Made by a program: the position numbers and the translations under genes. This document shows positions 50,882 through 62,253 of a DNA stretch of 64,000 nucleotides, piece by piece. This DNA comes from Candidatus Uhrbacteria bacterium. Lineage in GTDB: Bacteria > Patescibacteriota > Patescibacteriia > UBA9934 > GWF2-40-263. The stretch covers positions 65,459 to 129,458 of the forward strand of contig JAERTI010000055.1 in NCBI GenBank assembly GCA_016844925.1. The letters are read 5' to 3'. Below the pieces are notes generated by a model. It saw only the letters and a program-made list of their open reading frames with translations, did not search any database and was not told the origin of the DNA. Position 1 is the first letter of the stretch; every line of letters begins with the position of its first letter.

Positions 50882-51763
50882 ATGTATTCGCAAATTGATG
50901 CGAACAAACGAAAGACGTGGCTTCTCATTGTCCTGTTCACCATCGTTATTGTTGGCCTCGGCTGGGTTCTTGGTGAAGCAGGTGGCATAGGAAACGGCGG
51001 CATTGTCCTCGCGGTCATGCTGGCAACCGCCATGAACCTGATCGCCTATTTCAAAGGAGACTCGGTAGCCCTAGCAACGGCAGGAGCGAAGCAAATCAAA
51101 AAAGCAGACAACCCGAAGCTCTATCGCATGGTGGAGAACCTCTCGATCACCGCAGGGATCCCCATGCCAAAGGTGTACGTCATGAACGATCCGTCTGCGA
51201 ACGCATTTGCGGCAGGACGAGATCCGGAGCACGCCAGCGTTGCCGTCACCACAGGACTGCTCAACATCATGGAAGATAATGAGCTTGAGGGTGTCCTTGC
51301 CCACGAACTTTCACACATCAAAAACTATGACATCCGTGTCATGACCATCGTGATTGTGCTCGTGGGAGTCGTCATGCTGCTCAGCGACATCCTTCTGCGC
51401 ATGGCGTTCCGTGGCAATGGAAACCGCGACAACCGTGCAGCACTGGTCATGATCGTCATCGGCGTCGTCCTTGCCATCCTCTCGCCAATTTTTGCCGAGC
51501 TCATCAAGCTCGCCGTCTCACGATCACGCGAGTATCTCGCTGACGCCTCAGGCGCCCTCCTCACGCGCTACCCAGAAGGACTTGCCAGCGCCCTGGAGAA
51601 AATCGCAAAGCACGATCAGCCACTCAAGCGAGCCAACCACGCGACCGCTCACCTGTTCCTCGCCAACCCGTTTGATCCGCACGTCGCCAAAAAGTTCGAG
51701 TCCATGTTCTCTACGCACCCCCCTATCGAAGATCGCATTGCCAAACTAAGAGGAATGCTCTAG
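50882..51763 (+). CDS. htpX: M48 zinc metalloprotease HtpX
   Basis: NAFAAG, HELSH, SRSREYLAD and STHPP motifs. Confidence 0.95.
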   Translation: MYSQIDANKRKTWLLIVLFTIVIVGLGWVLGEAGGIGNGGIVLAVMLATAMNLIAYFKGDSVALATAGAKQIKKADNPKLYRMVENLSITAGIPMPKVYVMNDPSANAFAAGRDPEHASVAVTTGLLNIMEDNELEGVLAHELSHIKNYDIRVMTIVIVLVGVVMLLSDILLRMAFRGNGNRDNRAALVMIVIGVVLAILSPIFAELIKLAVSRSREYLADASGALLTRYPEGLASALEKIAKHDQPLKRANHATAHLFLANPFDPHVAKKFESMFSTHPPIEDRIAKLRGML

Positions 51764-51773
51764 CCGCCATCTT

Positions 51774-54272
51774 ATGAGCCATGACATCGTCGACAAATTT
51801 TCTTCCCACCTAAAAAACGTGCTCACGCGCGCTCTGTGTTTTGTGGTGGAAAAAAATCAAAAGACCATCCAGCCAGAACACCTCCTCTGGGCCCTTGGTA
51901 CACAGAAAGGTTGCATTGGTGCAGAGGTCTTGAAAAAAGCTGGTGTCAAAACAGCGGACCTAAAGAAGCTCGTTGGAGCAAAAGCAACGGTCACAGCCCT
52001 AAGCGCTGGCGCAGACCTCACGCTCCACCTCTCTGACGATGCCAAGCGTATCGTAGAAAAAGCCGTGCTCACGGCAAATGTGTATGGGCACCGCTATGTG
52101 GGTACAGAGCACCTGCTCTCGGGCATCATTCAAATCGATAGCCCCATCACACGTGCCTTCTTTGCACGTCACAAGACCGACCTCAAAGAACTTCGCAACC
52201 AGCTCTCCGTTGTTCTCAAGAGCACAAGTAAGTTTCCCGAACTTGCTTCATCCGTCACGGTCGAGAACGCCGACTTGCTCACACAAAACAGCAACAAGGA
52301 GAAGAGTGCGCAGCAATCCACCGGACAAGAAGAAGAAAAGAAGTCGTCCGCGTTGGAATACTTTTCTACCGAGCTTACAAGCGCTGAAGCGCAAAAACGT
52401 ATCGATCCAGTGATCGGTAGAGAGAAAGAGATTGAACGTCTCATGGAGATCCTCTGTCGTCGCACAAAGAACAACCCCCTCCTCTTGGGAGAGCCTGGTG
52501 TAGGAAAGACCGCCATCGTTGAAGGGCTTGCAAAGCGCATTCACGAAGGGCAGGTTCCGCCCGTCCTCGCACACAAACGTCTCTATGCTCTGGACATGGC
52601 CCTCATGATCGCCGGCACCATGTACCGTGGAGAGTTTGAAGGACGCCTCAAACAGGTCGTCGACGAAGTGAAGTCAAACCCAGACATCGTGCTCTTTATC
52701 GATGAGATCCACACGATCGTCGGCGCCGGTGCTGCTTCAGGTTCCATGGATGCCGCAAACATTTTGAAACCCGCTCTAGCGCGAGGTGACATTCGTTGTA
52801 TTGGTGCCACCACACCTGCTGAATTTAAAAAACACATTGAATCTGACACTGCTCTGGAGCGCCGCTTTGGAACGGTTATGATCGAAGAACCTTCGCAAGA
52901 AAAAGCTATTGAGATTCTCGAAGGTATCTCCCCCTACTACGAACGCTTCCACCGCGTACGTATTAGCCATGGGGCTATTGAACAAGCCGTGCGTTTGTCG
53001 TCTCGTTATATTCAAGACAAACACTTGCCAGACAAGGCCATTGATTTAATTGATGAAGCTGCGGCATCGACCCGCGTCCACCAGCACAACCCAGGACCCA
53101 TCATGAAAGAACGGGAGCTCTATGACATGCTCGACAGCGTACGAGAAGCAAAACGTCTCTCGGTCACAGAAGAACGGTTCCACGATGCCATCGCGCTCAA
53201 AGATGAAGAAGACTTGATTCGCCTGCGCATCGAAGGGCTCCGCACCGAGGAAGACACCTCCCCCGTTCCCGTTATTGCTGAAGAAGATATCGCTCGAGTT
53301 GTTTCTCGATCTACTGGTGTCCCCCTTGAGGATATGCTCGAAGGCGATCTCAGCCGACTTCTCGGACTGGAAACACAACTTTCCGATCGTGTCTTAGGGC
53401 AACCTTCTGTTATCGACACCGTCTCCGGAGCCCTGCGACGCGCCAAGACCGGCGTCGCTCACCCCGCTCGCCCATTGGCAAGCTTCTTGTTCCTTGGTCC
53501 ATCAGGCGTTGGAAAGACCGAACTCGCTAAGACCATCTCCGAACTGCTCTTCCACTCCAAGCAACACTTCATTCGCCTAGACATGTCTGAGTACTCAGAA
53601 GGTTTCACCATGTCAAAGCTGATCGGCGCACCGGCCGGCTACGTCGGCTATAAGGAAGGAGCAAACCTCACCGACCGTGTGAAACGACGTCCCTACTCTG
53701 TTGTGCTGTTCGACGAAATCGAGAAGGCACACCGCGATGTGCAAAACCTCCTGCTCCAAATTTTGGAGGAAGGTGAGCTTACCGATGCCACGGGTCGCAA
53801 GGTCAATTTCAAAAATACGATTGTCATCATGACCTCCAACGTTGGTCTTGAGCGTTTTGACCGTGGCGACATGGGGTTCATGTCTGGTGCCAGCGACCGC
53901 ATCATGGCACTCAACCAAGATCTTCACGAAGAACTTACGCAACGCTTCCGTCCAGAGCTCGTGAACCGTATTGACCACACCTGCATCTTCAACCCCCTCG
54001 AGCAGGACGTCTTGGAATCCATCGTTAAGAAACAACTGGACGAACTCACGGCTCGTCTGAAAGATCAGGGTCTCCACGTACACGTTGAAAAAACCCTCAT
54101 CCCCCACCTCACATCACTGTCACAACCAAAGTTGGGGGCACGAAATATCCGTGCACAAATTCAGAAGCACGTTGAACACGCGATCGCTGAACGCCTCAGT
54201 AAAAAAGATCGCCCAAGCAAACTTCGTGTGAAACTTAAAGGAAAGAACATCCAGGTAACCAAGTCTCGCTAG
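51774..54272 (+). CDS. clpC: ATP-dependent Clp ATPase ClpC
   Basis: Clp-N repeats, GEPGVGKT and GPSGVGKT Walker A motifs, UVR-like middle domain. Confidence 0.93.
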   Translation: MSHDIVDKFSSHLKNVLTRALCFVVEKNQKTIQPEHLLWALGTQKGCIGAEVLKKAGVKTADLKKLVGAKATVTALSAGADLTLHLSDDAKRIVEKAVLTANVYGHRYVGTEHLLSGIIQIDSPITRAFFARHKTDLKELRNQLSVVLKSTSKFPELASSVTVENADLLTQNSNKEKSAQQSTGQEEEKKSSALEYFSTELTSAEAQKRIDPVIGREKEIERLMEILCRRTKNNPLLLGEPGVGKTAIVEGLAKRIHEGQVPPVLAHKRLYALDMALMIAGTMYRGEFEGRLKQVVDEVKSNPDIVLFIDEIHTIVGAGAASGSMDAANILKPALARGDIRCIGATTPAEFKKHIESDTALERRFGTVMIEEPSQEKAIEILEGISPYYERFHRVRISHGAIEQAVRLSSRYIQDKHLPDKAIDLIDEAAASTRVHQHNPGPIMKERELYDMLDSVREAKRLSVTEERFHDAIALKDEEDLIRLRIEGLRTEEDTSPVPVIAEEDIARVVSRSTGVPLEDMLEGDLSRLLGLETQLSDRVLGQPSVIDTVSGALRRAKTGVAHPARPLASFLFLGPSGVGKTELAKTISELLFHSKQHFIRLDMSEYSEGFTMSKLIGAPAGYVGYKEGANLTDRVKRRPYSVVLFDEIEKAHRDVQNLLLQILEEGELTDATGRKVNFKNTIVIMTSNVGLERFDRGDMGFMSGASDRIMALNQDLHEELTQRFRPELVNRIDHTCIFNPLEQDVLESIVKKQLDELTARLKDQGLHVHVEKTLIPHLTSLSQPKLGARNIRAQIQKHVEHAIAERLSKKDRPSKLRVKLKGKNIQVTKSR

Positions 54273-54273
54273 T

Positions 54274-56097
54274 ATGGTAACGGGGGGAGACGAACAACAA
54301 CGCTACCAGAAGTATCGCCAGCAATTGCACCAGGCGCGTCTTGAGGATGCCAAGAAAGCAGGAGGTACAGCTGGGACACAGGCCGGAGCAAAGACAAAAG
54401 GACAGATTAAGGGAGGTGATCTATTCACGCGCAAAGGCCAACCTGAGAGTATTCCAAAAAAAGGACAAGCTGGATCAAAAACCGCAGGGAGGATTAAAGG
54501 CGATGATTTGTTTCAGCGAGCACAATCTCAACCCTCACAACCCCAAAAAGACTCCACGCTGAAAGACAAAGCTCGAGACACAGCACGCACAGGCGCAGCG
54601 ACCGTTGAAAAAGGAGCGGCTGCCGTGGAAACGGGAGCGGCAACGGTTGAAAAAGGAGCAGCGACCGTAGAGACAGGTGCGGCAACGGTGGAATCGGCTG
54701 CAAAAGGCACCGAAACCGCTGCACAGGGAGCTGAGGCATTAGCGAAGGGAGTTGGCGCTGCATCAAAGGCAACAGGTGCCGCATCAACGGCAGCTCTTGA
54801 AGCGGGTGAAGCTCTTTCTGCAACAGGTCTGGGATCCATTGTTGGCGTCCCTCTGGCAGCCCTTGGTGGTGCAGGTGCCGCCGCCTCAAAGGGGACTGAA
54901 GCCGCTGCGACAGCCGGAGGAGCGGCTGCGAAGAGCGTGAAGGAAGGAGCGAAAGTTGTTGGCGAGGGGGCAAAGGATGTGAAAGAAGGGGCTAAGGAGG
55001 TAAAGGAAGGCGCTCAGAAAGTAAAAGAAGGCGCCCGCAACGTGAAAGAGCAGGCTGGGGACGTTAAAGATGCTCTGAGTGAAGACGACGAACAAGATCA
55101 AGAAGAACTCCCTGAGGAGACACGTGACCGGATAAGAAAGATTCGTCTTGCTGGCGCGCGCATGCGTCTTTCAGATGCACGTGATCGCACACAAGAAAAA
55201 GGTCTCTCCCCTACGCGTTTTGAGATGGGACGAAAACATTTTGGTGTCACTGACCCAGACAGACCAGACGAACTCACAAGGACCCCTGGTGATGGTACGC
55301 GAGATCTTTTTGATGCCGGCGAACAAGACATGAAACGCAAGGCAGCACTACGGACCGCCCGCATGGCAGAACTCGTTGGTGGTAAAAAATTTGCTGGCAA
55401 ACTTAGGCAAGGGGTTGCAAGTCCGGCTGCGCTCAAGGGCGGGCAACTAGGAGAACTTCCACGTGGTGGTGTGCAGACAAAGGACACGACCAAACAACCT
55501 GACACAGGAGCTGACACGGCACAACAGATGCAAGATGACATGACTATGCGCCACAGACTTGCACAGGTCATGATGACGCGACAACGCAAGCAACAACTTG
55601 CTCAACAGAAATCTCAAAAAGAGCAGAAGGCCATCGAAGAGCAGCGCGCCGAGGTGAAGCAAACAATGAAAGCCGGCTTCAGGCGCGGCATGATTTACAT
55701 CGTAGATCTCGTCGCCGTTGCCCTTGATCTCTCTAGTGGATTCATCTCGTTCTTGATCGACATGTTTATCTATATGTTCTCCCTTGGTTGGCTGAATCTT
55801 GAGATGTTCTACGGAAAATGGATTGCCAAAGGAGAAAGCCGATACATCTCCCCCATCTCTTGGGCGCCATTTAAAATGCCTGTCGATAAAGACGCCTTCA
55901 TGCTCCAGGGCCTTATTCTCATGGCTGACCTTGCTCTCATGATAGCTTTTGCCATTGTTACTACCGGCACCTTCTGCATTCTTCACGACTACATGCTCCT
56001 GGTCACAGACCCCTTTCTGGTCGCCACCTCCCTTGCAAACGGCGGGGGAAAGATGTGTCTAGGTGGTATACTAGGATCACTTGTGAGCGGCATTTAA
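54274..56097 (+). CDS. Hypothetical protein with 7-aa repeats and C-terminal TMs
   Basis: 607-aa ORF with (A)TVE(K/T)GA and VKEGAK(E/D) repeats. Confidence 0.75.
   Translation: MVTGGDEQQRYQKYRQQLHQARLEDAKKAGGTAGTQAGAKTKGQIKGGDLFTRKGQPESIPKKGQAGSKTAGRIKGDDLFQRAQSQPSQPQKDSTLKDKARDTARTGAATVEKGAAAVETGAATVEKGAATVETGAATVESAAKGTETAAQGAEALAKGVGAASKATGAASTAALEAGEALSATGLGSIVGVPLAALGGAGAAASKGTEAAATAGGAAAKSVKEGAKVVGEGAKDVKEGAKEVKEGAQKVKEGARNVKEQAGDVKDALSEDDEQDQEELPEETRDRIRKIRLAGARMRLSDARDRTQEKGLSPTRFEMGRKHFGVTDPDRPDELTRTPGDGTRDLFDAGEQDMKRKAALRTARMAELVGGKKFAGKLRQGVASPAALKGGQLGELPRGGVQTKDTTKQPDTGADTAQQMQDDMTMRHRLAQVMMTRQRKQQLAQQKSQKEQKAIEEQRAEVKQTMKAGFRRGMIYIVDLVAVALDLSSGFISFLIDMFIYMFSLGWLNLEMFYGKWIAKGESRYISPISWAPFKMPVDKDAFMLQGLILMADLALMIAFAIVTTGTFCILHDYMLLVTDPFLVATSLANGGGKMCLGGILGSLVSGI
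54592..54700 (+). repeat. Degenerate 21-nt coding tandem repeat
   Basis: About five copies encoding GAATVE(K/T); a second tract encoding VKEGAKx lies at ~54937-55050. Confidence 0.7.
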
Positions 56098-56118
56098 CCT
56101 TGCCGTAAATCCCATGCT

Positions 56119-57351
56119 ATGACCGAACGAACCAAAAAAATCTTACTCATCGTGGGCTTTATCGCGTCCGTGTTCGGCATCGCGTTAGTCTTGTACCTGA
56201 TGTTCTTCCGCCCCCCAGCCCCAGCTCCTACCGTTGAAGAAATTGAAGAGCTGTACCCTGAAGCGCTTCCGGAAGCTCTTGAAGCGCAGGTGCGAGAACT
56301 TCTTGAACAGGAAGGCATTGCCGTTCCTGAAGAAATTGTTCTCCCGGAAGCTGACACCATCGCACGTGGCGGCGTAACGCAGACCACCGAGCTCACAACC
56401 ACAGCCGTCTACAACACCTCAATCTCTGCTGACGGTTCATCCATGAACTACTACAACAGCGGAGACGGACGGTTCTATACCATTGGTGAAGACGGAACCG
56501 TCGTAGCACTCTCTGATAAACAGTTCCCATCCGTTGAGAACGTTGTTTGGAACAAAGACTCAGAAAAAGCGGTCCTCGAGTTTCCAGATGGTTCCAATAT
56601 TGTGTATGACTTCTCCGCGGAAAAACAGGTAACGCTACCTAGTCACTGGGAAGACTTCGACTTCTCCCCTGTGCAAGACGAGATTCTCGCTAAGTCCATT
56701 TCCCTTGATCCAAACAATCGCTACCTAGTGATCTCTTCTGATGACGGTTCTCAAGTGCAATCCATCCAAGCCCTGGGAGAAAATGCCGATAAGGTCGACG
56801 TAAACTGGTCTCCAAATGACCAAGTTGTCGCATTTGCTGATACAGCAAACGCCACTTCAGGAGGGCTCAATCGATCTGTCATCTATCCTGTTGGTAAAAA
56901 CAAGGAAAATTACAAAGGCCTCGTGGTTGAGGGATTAAACTTCGACTCCCTCTGGTCTCCCGATGGTCGGCAGTTGATCTACTCCGTAACGGGTTCTTAT
57001 AGCAACGACAAACCTCTGCTATGGGCTGTCAGTGCAACCAGTGCAACCATGGGTGAAGACCGACGGAGCCTTGGACTCAATACCTGGGTTGATAAATGCA
57101 CCTGGGCATCCAGCTCCATTGCGTACTGCGCCGTACCAATCGACCTTCCAGACAACGCTGGTCTTGGTCGACATCTTTACGAAAACGAACCTGACGCCCT
57201 CTATAAACTTGACCTCTCATCAGGTCGATCAACACTCGTAGCGATTCCTGAAGAAGATACGGCCATGAACGACCTCTTTTTAACTGATGACCAGTCAGTA
57301 CTGTACTTCTCAAACACCTACGGACAGATTGAGATGATGCGTCTAAAATAA
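56119..57351 (+). CDS. Membrane-anchored beta-propeller (TolB-like) protein
   Basis: N-terminal TM; FSP, WSPNDQ and WSPDGR blade motifs. Confidence 0.75.
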   Translation: MTERTKKILLIVGFIASVFGIALVLYLMFFRPPAPAPTVEEIEELYPEALPEALEAQVRELLEQEGIAVPEEIVLPEADTIARGGVTQTTELTTTAVYNTSISADGSSMNYYNSGDGRFYTIGEDGTVVALSDKQFPSVENVVWNKDSEKAVLEFPDGSNIVYDFSAEKQVTLPSHWEDFDFSPVQDEILAKSISLDPNNRYLVISSDDGSQVQSIQALGENADKVDVNWSPNDQVVAFADTANATSGGLNRSVIYPVGKNKENYKGLVVEGLNFDSLWSPDGRQLIYSVTGSYSNDKPLLWAVSATSATMGEDRRSLGLNTWVDKCTWASSSIAYCAVPIDLPDNAGLGRHLYENEPDALYKLDLSSGRSTLVAIPEEDTAMNDLFLTDDQSVLYFSNTYGQIEMMRLK

Positions 57352-57362
57352 CCTTACATCCT

Positions 57363-58010
57363 ATGCACCACAGATGGCTCACCCTCCTATCAATCGGCGC
57401 CTTATCCCTGATGGTGTTTATCTTTTTCATTGTTTACCTCCAGCCGGTTGAGCTCCCTGAGATTGAACTTGAGGTAGAAGTCGGCTCTCTCACAAAACCA
57501 ACGATCACCTTCGTGAATCCTACCAAGGGCGCAGAAGAACCCGTGGTGCGCATTGTGGAGTTTAGTGATTTTCAATGTGCCGCTTGTAAGACGGTTGCTA
57601 CCTCACTTGAGGTAGTCCTGGCCACCTACCCCGAGCAAGTTCAGCTCGTTTGGAAAGATCTTCCAAATGAATCGATTCATCAATTCGCCACCCCTGCCGC
57701 CATAGCCGCGCACTGCGCAGACCAACAAGGACAATTTTGGACGTACCACGATGAGCTCTATGCTCGTCAAAGTTACCTTTCTGAAAACCAGTTTTCCACC
57801 ATTGCCTCAACCATTGGTTTGGATATGGATAAATTTGAGAGCTGCTACCAAGCACGCGACACACTCCCTATTGTGAAAAAAGATTTCGAAGAAGCTCTCG
57901 GACTCGGTCTCACCTCCACCCCAACACTCTTTATCGGCGATGAGATCGTCATCGGTGCTGTCAGTTCTCTGGACCTCTTGGACATGGTTGAAGCTCAACT
58001 GAACCAGTAA
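57363..58010 (+). CDS. DsbA-family thiol-disulfide oxidoreductase
   Basis: EFSDFQCAAC, AAHCADQQGQFW and STPT motifs. Confidence 0.92.
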   Translation: MHHRWLTLLSIGALSLMVFIFFIVYLQPVELPEIELEVEVGSLTKPTITFVNPTKGAEEPVVRIVEFSDFQCAACKTVATSLEVVLATYPEQVQLVWKDLPNESIHQFATPAAIAAHCADQQGQFWTYHDELYARQSYLSENQFSTIASTIGLDMDKFESCYQARDTLPIVKKDFEEALGLGLTSTPTLFIGDEIVIGAVSSLDLLDMVEAQLNQ

Positions 58011-58011
58011 T

Positions 58012-59130
58012 ATGCGAACCTTGCGCGCCCTCCCCTTCTTGATGATCCTCTTGGGCGCGTTTTTGTTTGGAGGCACTGCCTTGGCAGAAGACGCCACGTC
58101 CACAGATGCCACAGCCACACCTGCTACAAGCGAGGTGGTTGAAGGAGCTATCATCCCAAACCTCACTGTCGACATCCCCGGCCTGACGTTTTCCTCGGTG
58201 ATTGAAAAAGACGGATCTTTGCACATCAACTTCTTTGGGGAGTACATGGCGGCCCTCTACAAATATCTCCTCAATATTGGCGTCACCATTTCCATTGTCC
58301 TTATCATGATCGGAGGTCTTCAATGGGTTCTTAGCGCAAGTGGCACAGATGCCAAAGGAGCCAAAGACCGAATTCGCAACGCCGTCGTCGGCCTCGTGCT
58401 CCTGATGAGCGTGTACATGATCTTATTTATTGTAAATCCGAACCTTGTTCTTCTGCAGACTCCTGCCATCAAGGGTATCGACGAGGTAGAACTTGAGCTT
58501 GCCACCAGCGGAGAAGAGGGTGCTGCCGGCACCATGAGCAACGTTGAATGCCAAAACATTGTCGATGAAGCTCAAGAAGACGGCGAATGTAAGATCAGTC
58601 AAAAATTTGCCTCCCCCACTGGAAGGAGTGCCAGTTGCAACTACCACTTCCGTGATTCAGGTGGTGACTACAAAAAAATCAAAAATCTCGACTTCGCAGC
58701 TGGATGGGATACCTTGATCAAAGCTCCTTTCGACGGAACCCTCACCTACAAAAAGCGAACCTCCGCTGATAACCGCTGCGGAAACACCATCACGCTCACG
58801 GGTACGGGTGATGCTGCTGGAGCAAGTATTTCTATCTGTCACGTAAAAGATTTCCTTGATGAATCCGGCGTAGTGAAAACGACCGTGGAGCAAGGAGAAG
58901 GGATCGGGCACCTGGGCGGCGTCTGTTGTAGCGGAGAAGAAGGCCCGGCCAGCTGGCGTGCCATGCAAAACGGCTGGTGCACTGACACCGGAACAAAATG
59001 TACCGATCCCTACAGCCGAGAGAGCTGCACCTGCCAACCCATCGAACAATCCGGCAACACCTCCGGTCCACACGTTCACGTTACATGGAGCAATACTGCT
59101 GGTAATCTATTAGCATGTCTGGAAACGTAG
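58012..59130 (+). CDS. Pilin-like membrane domain fused to an M23-like peptidase
   Basis: Signal peptide; IMIGGLQW..AKDRIRNAVVGL..VNP; LDFAA, ICH and SGPHVH motifs. Confidence 0.75.
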   Translation: MRTLRALPFLMILLGAFLFGGTALAEDATSTDATATPATSEVVEGAIIPNLTVDIPGLTFSSVIEKDGSLHINFFGEYMAALYKYLLNIGVTISIVLIMIGGLQWVLSASGTDAKGAKDRIRNAVVGLVLLMSVYMILFIVNPNLVLLQTPAIKGIDEVELELATSGEEGAAGTMSNVECQNIVDEAQEDGECKISQKFASPTGRSASCNYHFRDSGGDYKKIKNLDFAAGWDTLIKAPFDGTLTYKKRTSADNRCGNTITLTGTGDAAGASISICHVKDFLDESGVVKTTVEQGEGIGHLGGVCCSGEEGPASWRAMQNGWCTDTGTKCTDPYSRESCTCQPIEQSGNTSGPHVHVTWSNTAGNLLACLET

Positions 59131-59134
59131 TGTT

Positions 59135-60199
59135 ATGAAACACCGCAACCTCTTCACTCCCCTGATCGCTCTGACAACCCTCTTGCTGGGCCTCTCTTTT
59201 AGTGGCACGGCCTTGGCTGAATCAAAGTTCCTCACCCCAAAGATGTCCGTGGACATCCCTGACCTGAAATTTACGGAGATTGTCCAAGAAGGAACCTCTC
59301 TTCAAATCAACTACCTGGCCGATTACATCTCCGCTATCTATCTTTGGTTGATAGGTTCTGCGACACTCATCGCCATTGTCATGATCATGATTGGTGGCCT
59401 GCAATGGACACTCTCTGGTGGATCCATCATGGGCGATGGTGGAAAAAGCTCAGCCTCTGCCGCTAAGACACGAATTAAGAATGCCGTCATTGGCCTGGTT
59501 CTGCTCATGTCTACGTACATGATTCTGTTCATTGTGAATCCCAACTTGGTTCGACTCGCGTTCCCAGAACTTGAAGCCATCCCTCTTGTGGATCTCCCAA
59601 ATGAATCAGGTACAAACCTGGAAGACTACGAGTGGGCTGAATCTACGGCCGTCAGCAACGGAGCCAACGGATGGAACGATGTAGTCATGTATAACCAGAA
59701 GAGCTATGAATCGACCCCTTACGGCGTCTGTGGAAACGTAAAGACCTCTGGTTGTGGTGTTGCCTCCTATGCTATGGCTGCCTCACATCTCTCTGGCACG
59801 GAAGTGAAACCAGACGAGGTGGCCGCTAGATTTGCCGATGAAGGTTACCGTGTATGCGCTGAAGGTACTGAACCAAACCCAGAAGGCCCCTGCAGTACCT
59901 GCCAAGGAACAGCAGCAGCCGCATTCTTCCAGTCTAGCTACCGATCTGAACTTGGCATCGAGGGGAACTACATCGGACACACGCAAGCAGACATCACGAC
60001 AGCGCTCGATGCGGGTCAACTCGTCATTATTTCTTACAGAACAAAAGGTGGTGGTGGTCACTATGTGGTCATTACCGGCTATGATGAAGACGGAAATGTT
60101 CTGGTAAATAACCCTTGGGGAGGCACAAAAGAAAAACGAAGCTGGAGCCAGATCACCAGTACGATTAAATCCGCTACAGCCATTCGAAAATCAAGCTAG
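59135..60199 (+). CDS. Pilin-like membrane domain fused to a C39-like cysteine peptidase
   Basis: Same N-terminal module; YNQ, SGCGVAS, GHYVVITG and NNPWG motifs. Confidence 0.78.
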   Translation: MKHRNLFTPLIALTTLLLGLSFSGTALAESKFLTPKMSVDIPDLKFTEIVQEGTSLQINYLADYISAIYLWLIGSATLIAIVMIMIGGLQWTLSGGSIMGDGGKSSASAAKTRIKNAVIGLVLLMSTYMILFIVNPNLVRLAFPELEAIPLVDLPNESGTNLEDYEWAESTAVSNGANGWNDVVMYNQKSYESTPYGVCGNVKTSGCGVASYAMAASHLSGTEVKPDEVAARFADEGYRVCAEGTEPNPEGPCSTCQGTAAAAFFQSSYRSELGIEGNYIGHTQADITTALDAGQLVIISYRTKGGGGHYVVITGYDEDGNVLVNNPWGGTKEKRSWSQITSTIKSATAIRKSS

Positions 60200-60200
60200 T

Positions 60201-61508
60201 ATGTTCGTCTGTACAAACTGTGATGCCCAGTCAGCCAAGTGGGCAGGAAAATGCATGGAGTGTGACAAATGGGGCACGCTGCAAAAACAGGAGGAGGTCC
60301 GCTTAAGCGGTCCTCTTAAGTCTGTAAAAGTAACAGCAGGTACCAGCAAGCCACTCAAGGATGTTGGTAAACAAAACGAACACGACCGCATCAGCACAGG
60401 CGACGGCGAGACCGACCGCGTCCTGGGCGGCGGAATCGTCCGCGGATCTCTCGTCCTGCTCTCTGGTGAACCCGGCATTGGAAAGTCGACCCTCGTGGCG
60501 GCCATTGCTGGTTCGATTAAAGAGACCGTCTTGTATGTATCCGGCGAGGAATCCCCTACACAACTTGCAGCACGATTCGCACGACTGGGTAAATCTGTCG
60601 ATTCTGTCCGTGTCCTCGACCCCCTCCCGATTGAAACTCTCGTCGCTACGATTGAGAAAGAAGCCCCCGCCCTCGTGGTCGTCGATTCTGTTCAGACACT
60701 CTCCTCTTCACAGCTCGACTCCACCGCAGGCTCCCCCACCCTCGTGCGCTACGCCACCTCCCTCCTGCTCGACCTCGCCAAGCGCACAAACATCTCCGTC
60801 CTGCTGGTAGGCCAAGTCACCAAGGACGGCTCCATCGCCGGCCCTAAGACCCTAGAGCACCTGGTCGATGCCGTCGTGAACCTAGAGGGAGATCCCGTCC
60901 ACGCCTACCGCATGCTCCGCGCCAGTAAGAACCGCTTCGGCGCCACAGATGAGATCGGTGTGTTCGAGATGAAACAAGAAGGCCTCGTGGCAGTACCAAA
61001 CCCATCCGAGAGATTCTTGGCAGAGAGGTCCAACACCCCAGGCTCTGTCATAGCCGCCATGGTAGAGGGCTCACGAGTCTTCTTAGTCGAGGTCCAGGCC
61101 CTCGTAGAAAAAAGCAGCTACGGCACCCCAGTCCGCCGCGCAAGTGGCTTTGACCAAGGACGCCTACAAATGCTCATCGCCATCCTCTCAAAACGCGCCG
61201 GCCTAAAACTCGGCGAGATGGATGTCTACATCAACGTCATAGGAGGTATGAAACTCACCGAACCAGGAGCCGACCTAGCTGTCTGCGCCGCAATCAACGG
61301 CGCATTCAAAAACACCGTCGACGAAGCCGCAACGGTGTACATGGGTGAAGTTGGATTGGGGGGTGAAGTGCGGTCCGTGCCTATGATCGAGAAAAGGTTG
61401 GTAGAAATAGCCCGGCTGGGATTACCACGAGCAGCAGTGCCAGCGAAGAGTCGAGGAAAGAGTAAAGGACTGGAGATTGTGAAGGTTGGAAACGTGAAAG
61501 AGTTTTAA
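60201..61508 (+). CDS. radA: DNA repair protein RadA/Sms
   Basis: C4 zinc finger, GEPGIGKST and KNRFG motifs; Lon-like C-terminus. Confidence 0.96.
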   Translation: MFVCTNCDAQSAKWAGKCMECDKWGTLQKQEEVRLSGPLKSVKVTAGTSKPLKDVGKQNEHDRISTGDGETDRVLGGGIVRGSLVLLSGEPGIGKSTLVAAIAGSIKETVLYVSGEESPTQLAARFARLGKSVDSVRVLDPLPIETLVATIEKEAPALVVVDSVQTLSSSQLDSTAGSPTLVRYATSLLLDLAKRTNISVLLVGQVTKDGSIAGPKTLEHLVDAVVNLEGDPVHAYRMLRASKNRFGATDEIGVFEMKQEGLVAVPNPSERFLAERSNTPGSVIAAMVEGSRVFLVEVQALVEKSSYGTPVRRASGFDQGRLQMLIAILSKRAGLKLGEMDVYINVIGGMKLTEPGADLAVCAAINGAFKNTVDEAATVYMGEVGLGGEVRSVPMIEKRLVEIARLGLPRAAVPAKSRGKSKGLEIVKVGNVKEF

Positions 61509-61537
61509 ATAGAAAAACACCCTTATGCGAAGGGTGT

Positions 61538-62248
61538 TTATTTCAACTCATCAAGAAAACGAGGATATTTACTCAGATCTATTGCCTTTGCAAACTCAGA
61601 AACCCTATAAGTTCTCTCCATTATTTCTGGTTCTTTTTCTCCGTCTATAGATTCTTGTACACATTCTTCATCCACCAATCTTCGAGACTCAAAATTCTGG
61701 TATACAATTCCCACAATCTCATTTAGAGAATTCAATATTGGACTGCCAGACATTCCAGGAACCGATGAAAAACTAACTTCTAGATAATGTTGAGCGGGAG
61801 TATCTAAATCGAAGGCCGTTCTCACTAAGTAGCCTTTCAGAAACCGAGGTCTAAGGAATATTTTAAAATCTGAATTAAAAGCCTCGGGAAAACTATAGTT
61901 AGTGTAATCATCCCCCAACACCTTTTCTTCTCTTAAATCTAAAGCTAAAGGTTGATATAAATTAGAACAACTCTCTGAGACTCGTGCTAAGGCAAGGTCA
62001 ACGTGTTCATGATATTTTATGTCCGTTAAACCACATAACCTTTCTTTTCCTTGAGAGTAGACTGTTCCACATATACTCGCCGGGTAACTTTTGGCTGAAC
62101 GCAACACATGTGCGCATGTAAGGACCAAACCGGAACCTATATATACACCTGTACCAAGAAGATCTATTTTTTCTATTTCCCCCGGAGGCCCTGGACTCAC
62201 ATCAACAATCGGAAATATACTTTCACCAATAGAATGAATATTAATCAT
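61538..62248 (-). CDS. Trypsin-like serine protease (AT-rich gene)
   Basis: GTG, LTCAHV, DLAL and GMSGSP catalytic motifs. Confidence 0.85.
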   Translation of the reverse strand: MINIHSIGESIFPIVDVSPGPPGEIEKIDLLGTGVYIGSGLVLTCAHVLRSAKSYPASICGTVYSQGKERLCGLTDIKYHEHVDLALARVSESCSNLYQPLALDLREEKVLGDDYTNYSFPEAFNSDFKIFLRPRFLKGYLVRTAFDLDTPAQHYLEVSFSSVPGMSGSPILNSLNEIVGIVYQNFESRRLVDEECVQESIDGEKEPEIMERTYRVSEFAKAIDLSKYPRFLDELK

Positions 62249-62253
62249 ACTAA

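Noticed and set aside
60201-60221. radA start ATGTTCGTC matches 9 nt of an array-2 guide A
   Set aside because: The adjacent sequence does not match the reverse complement of guide B; likely chance.
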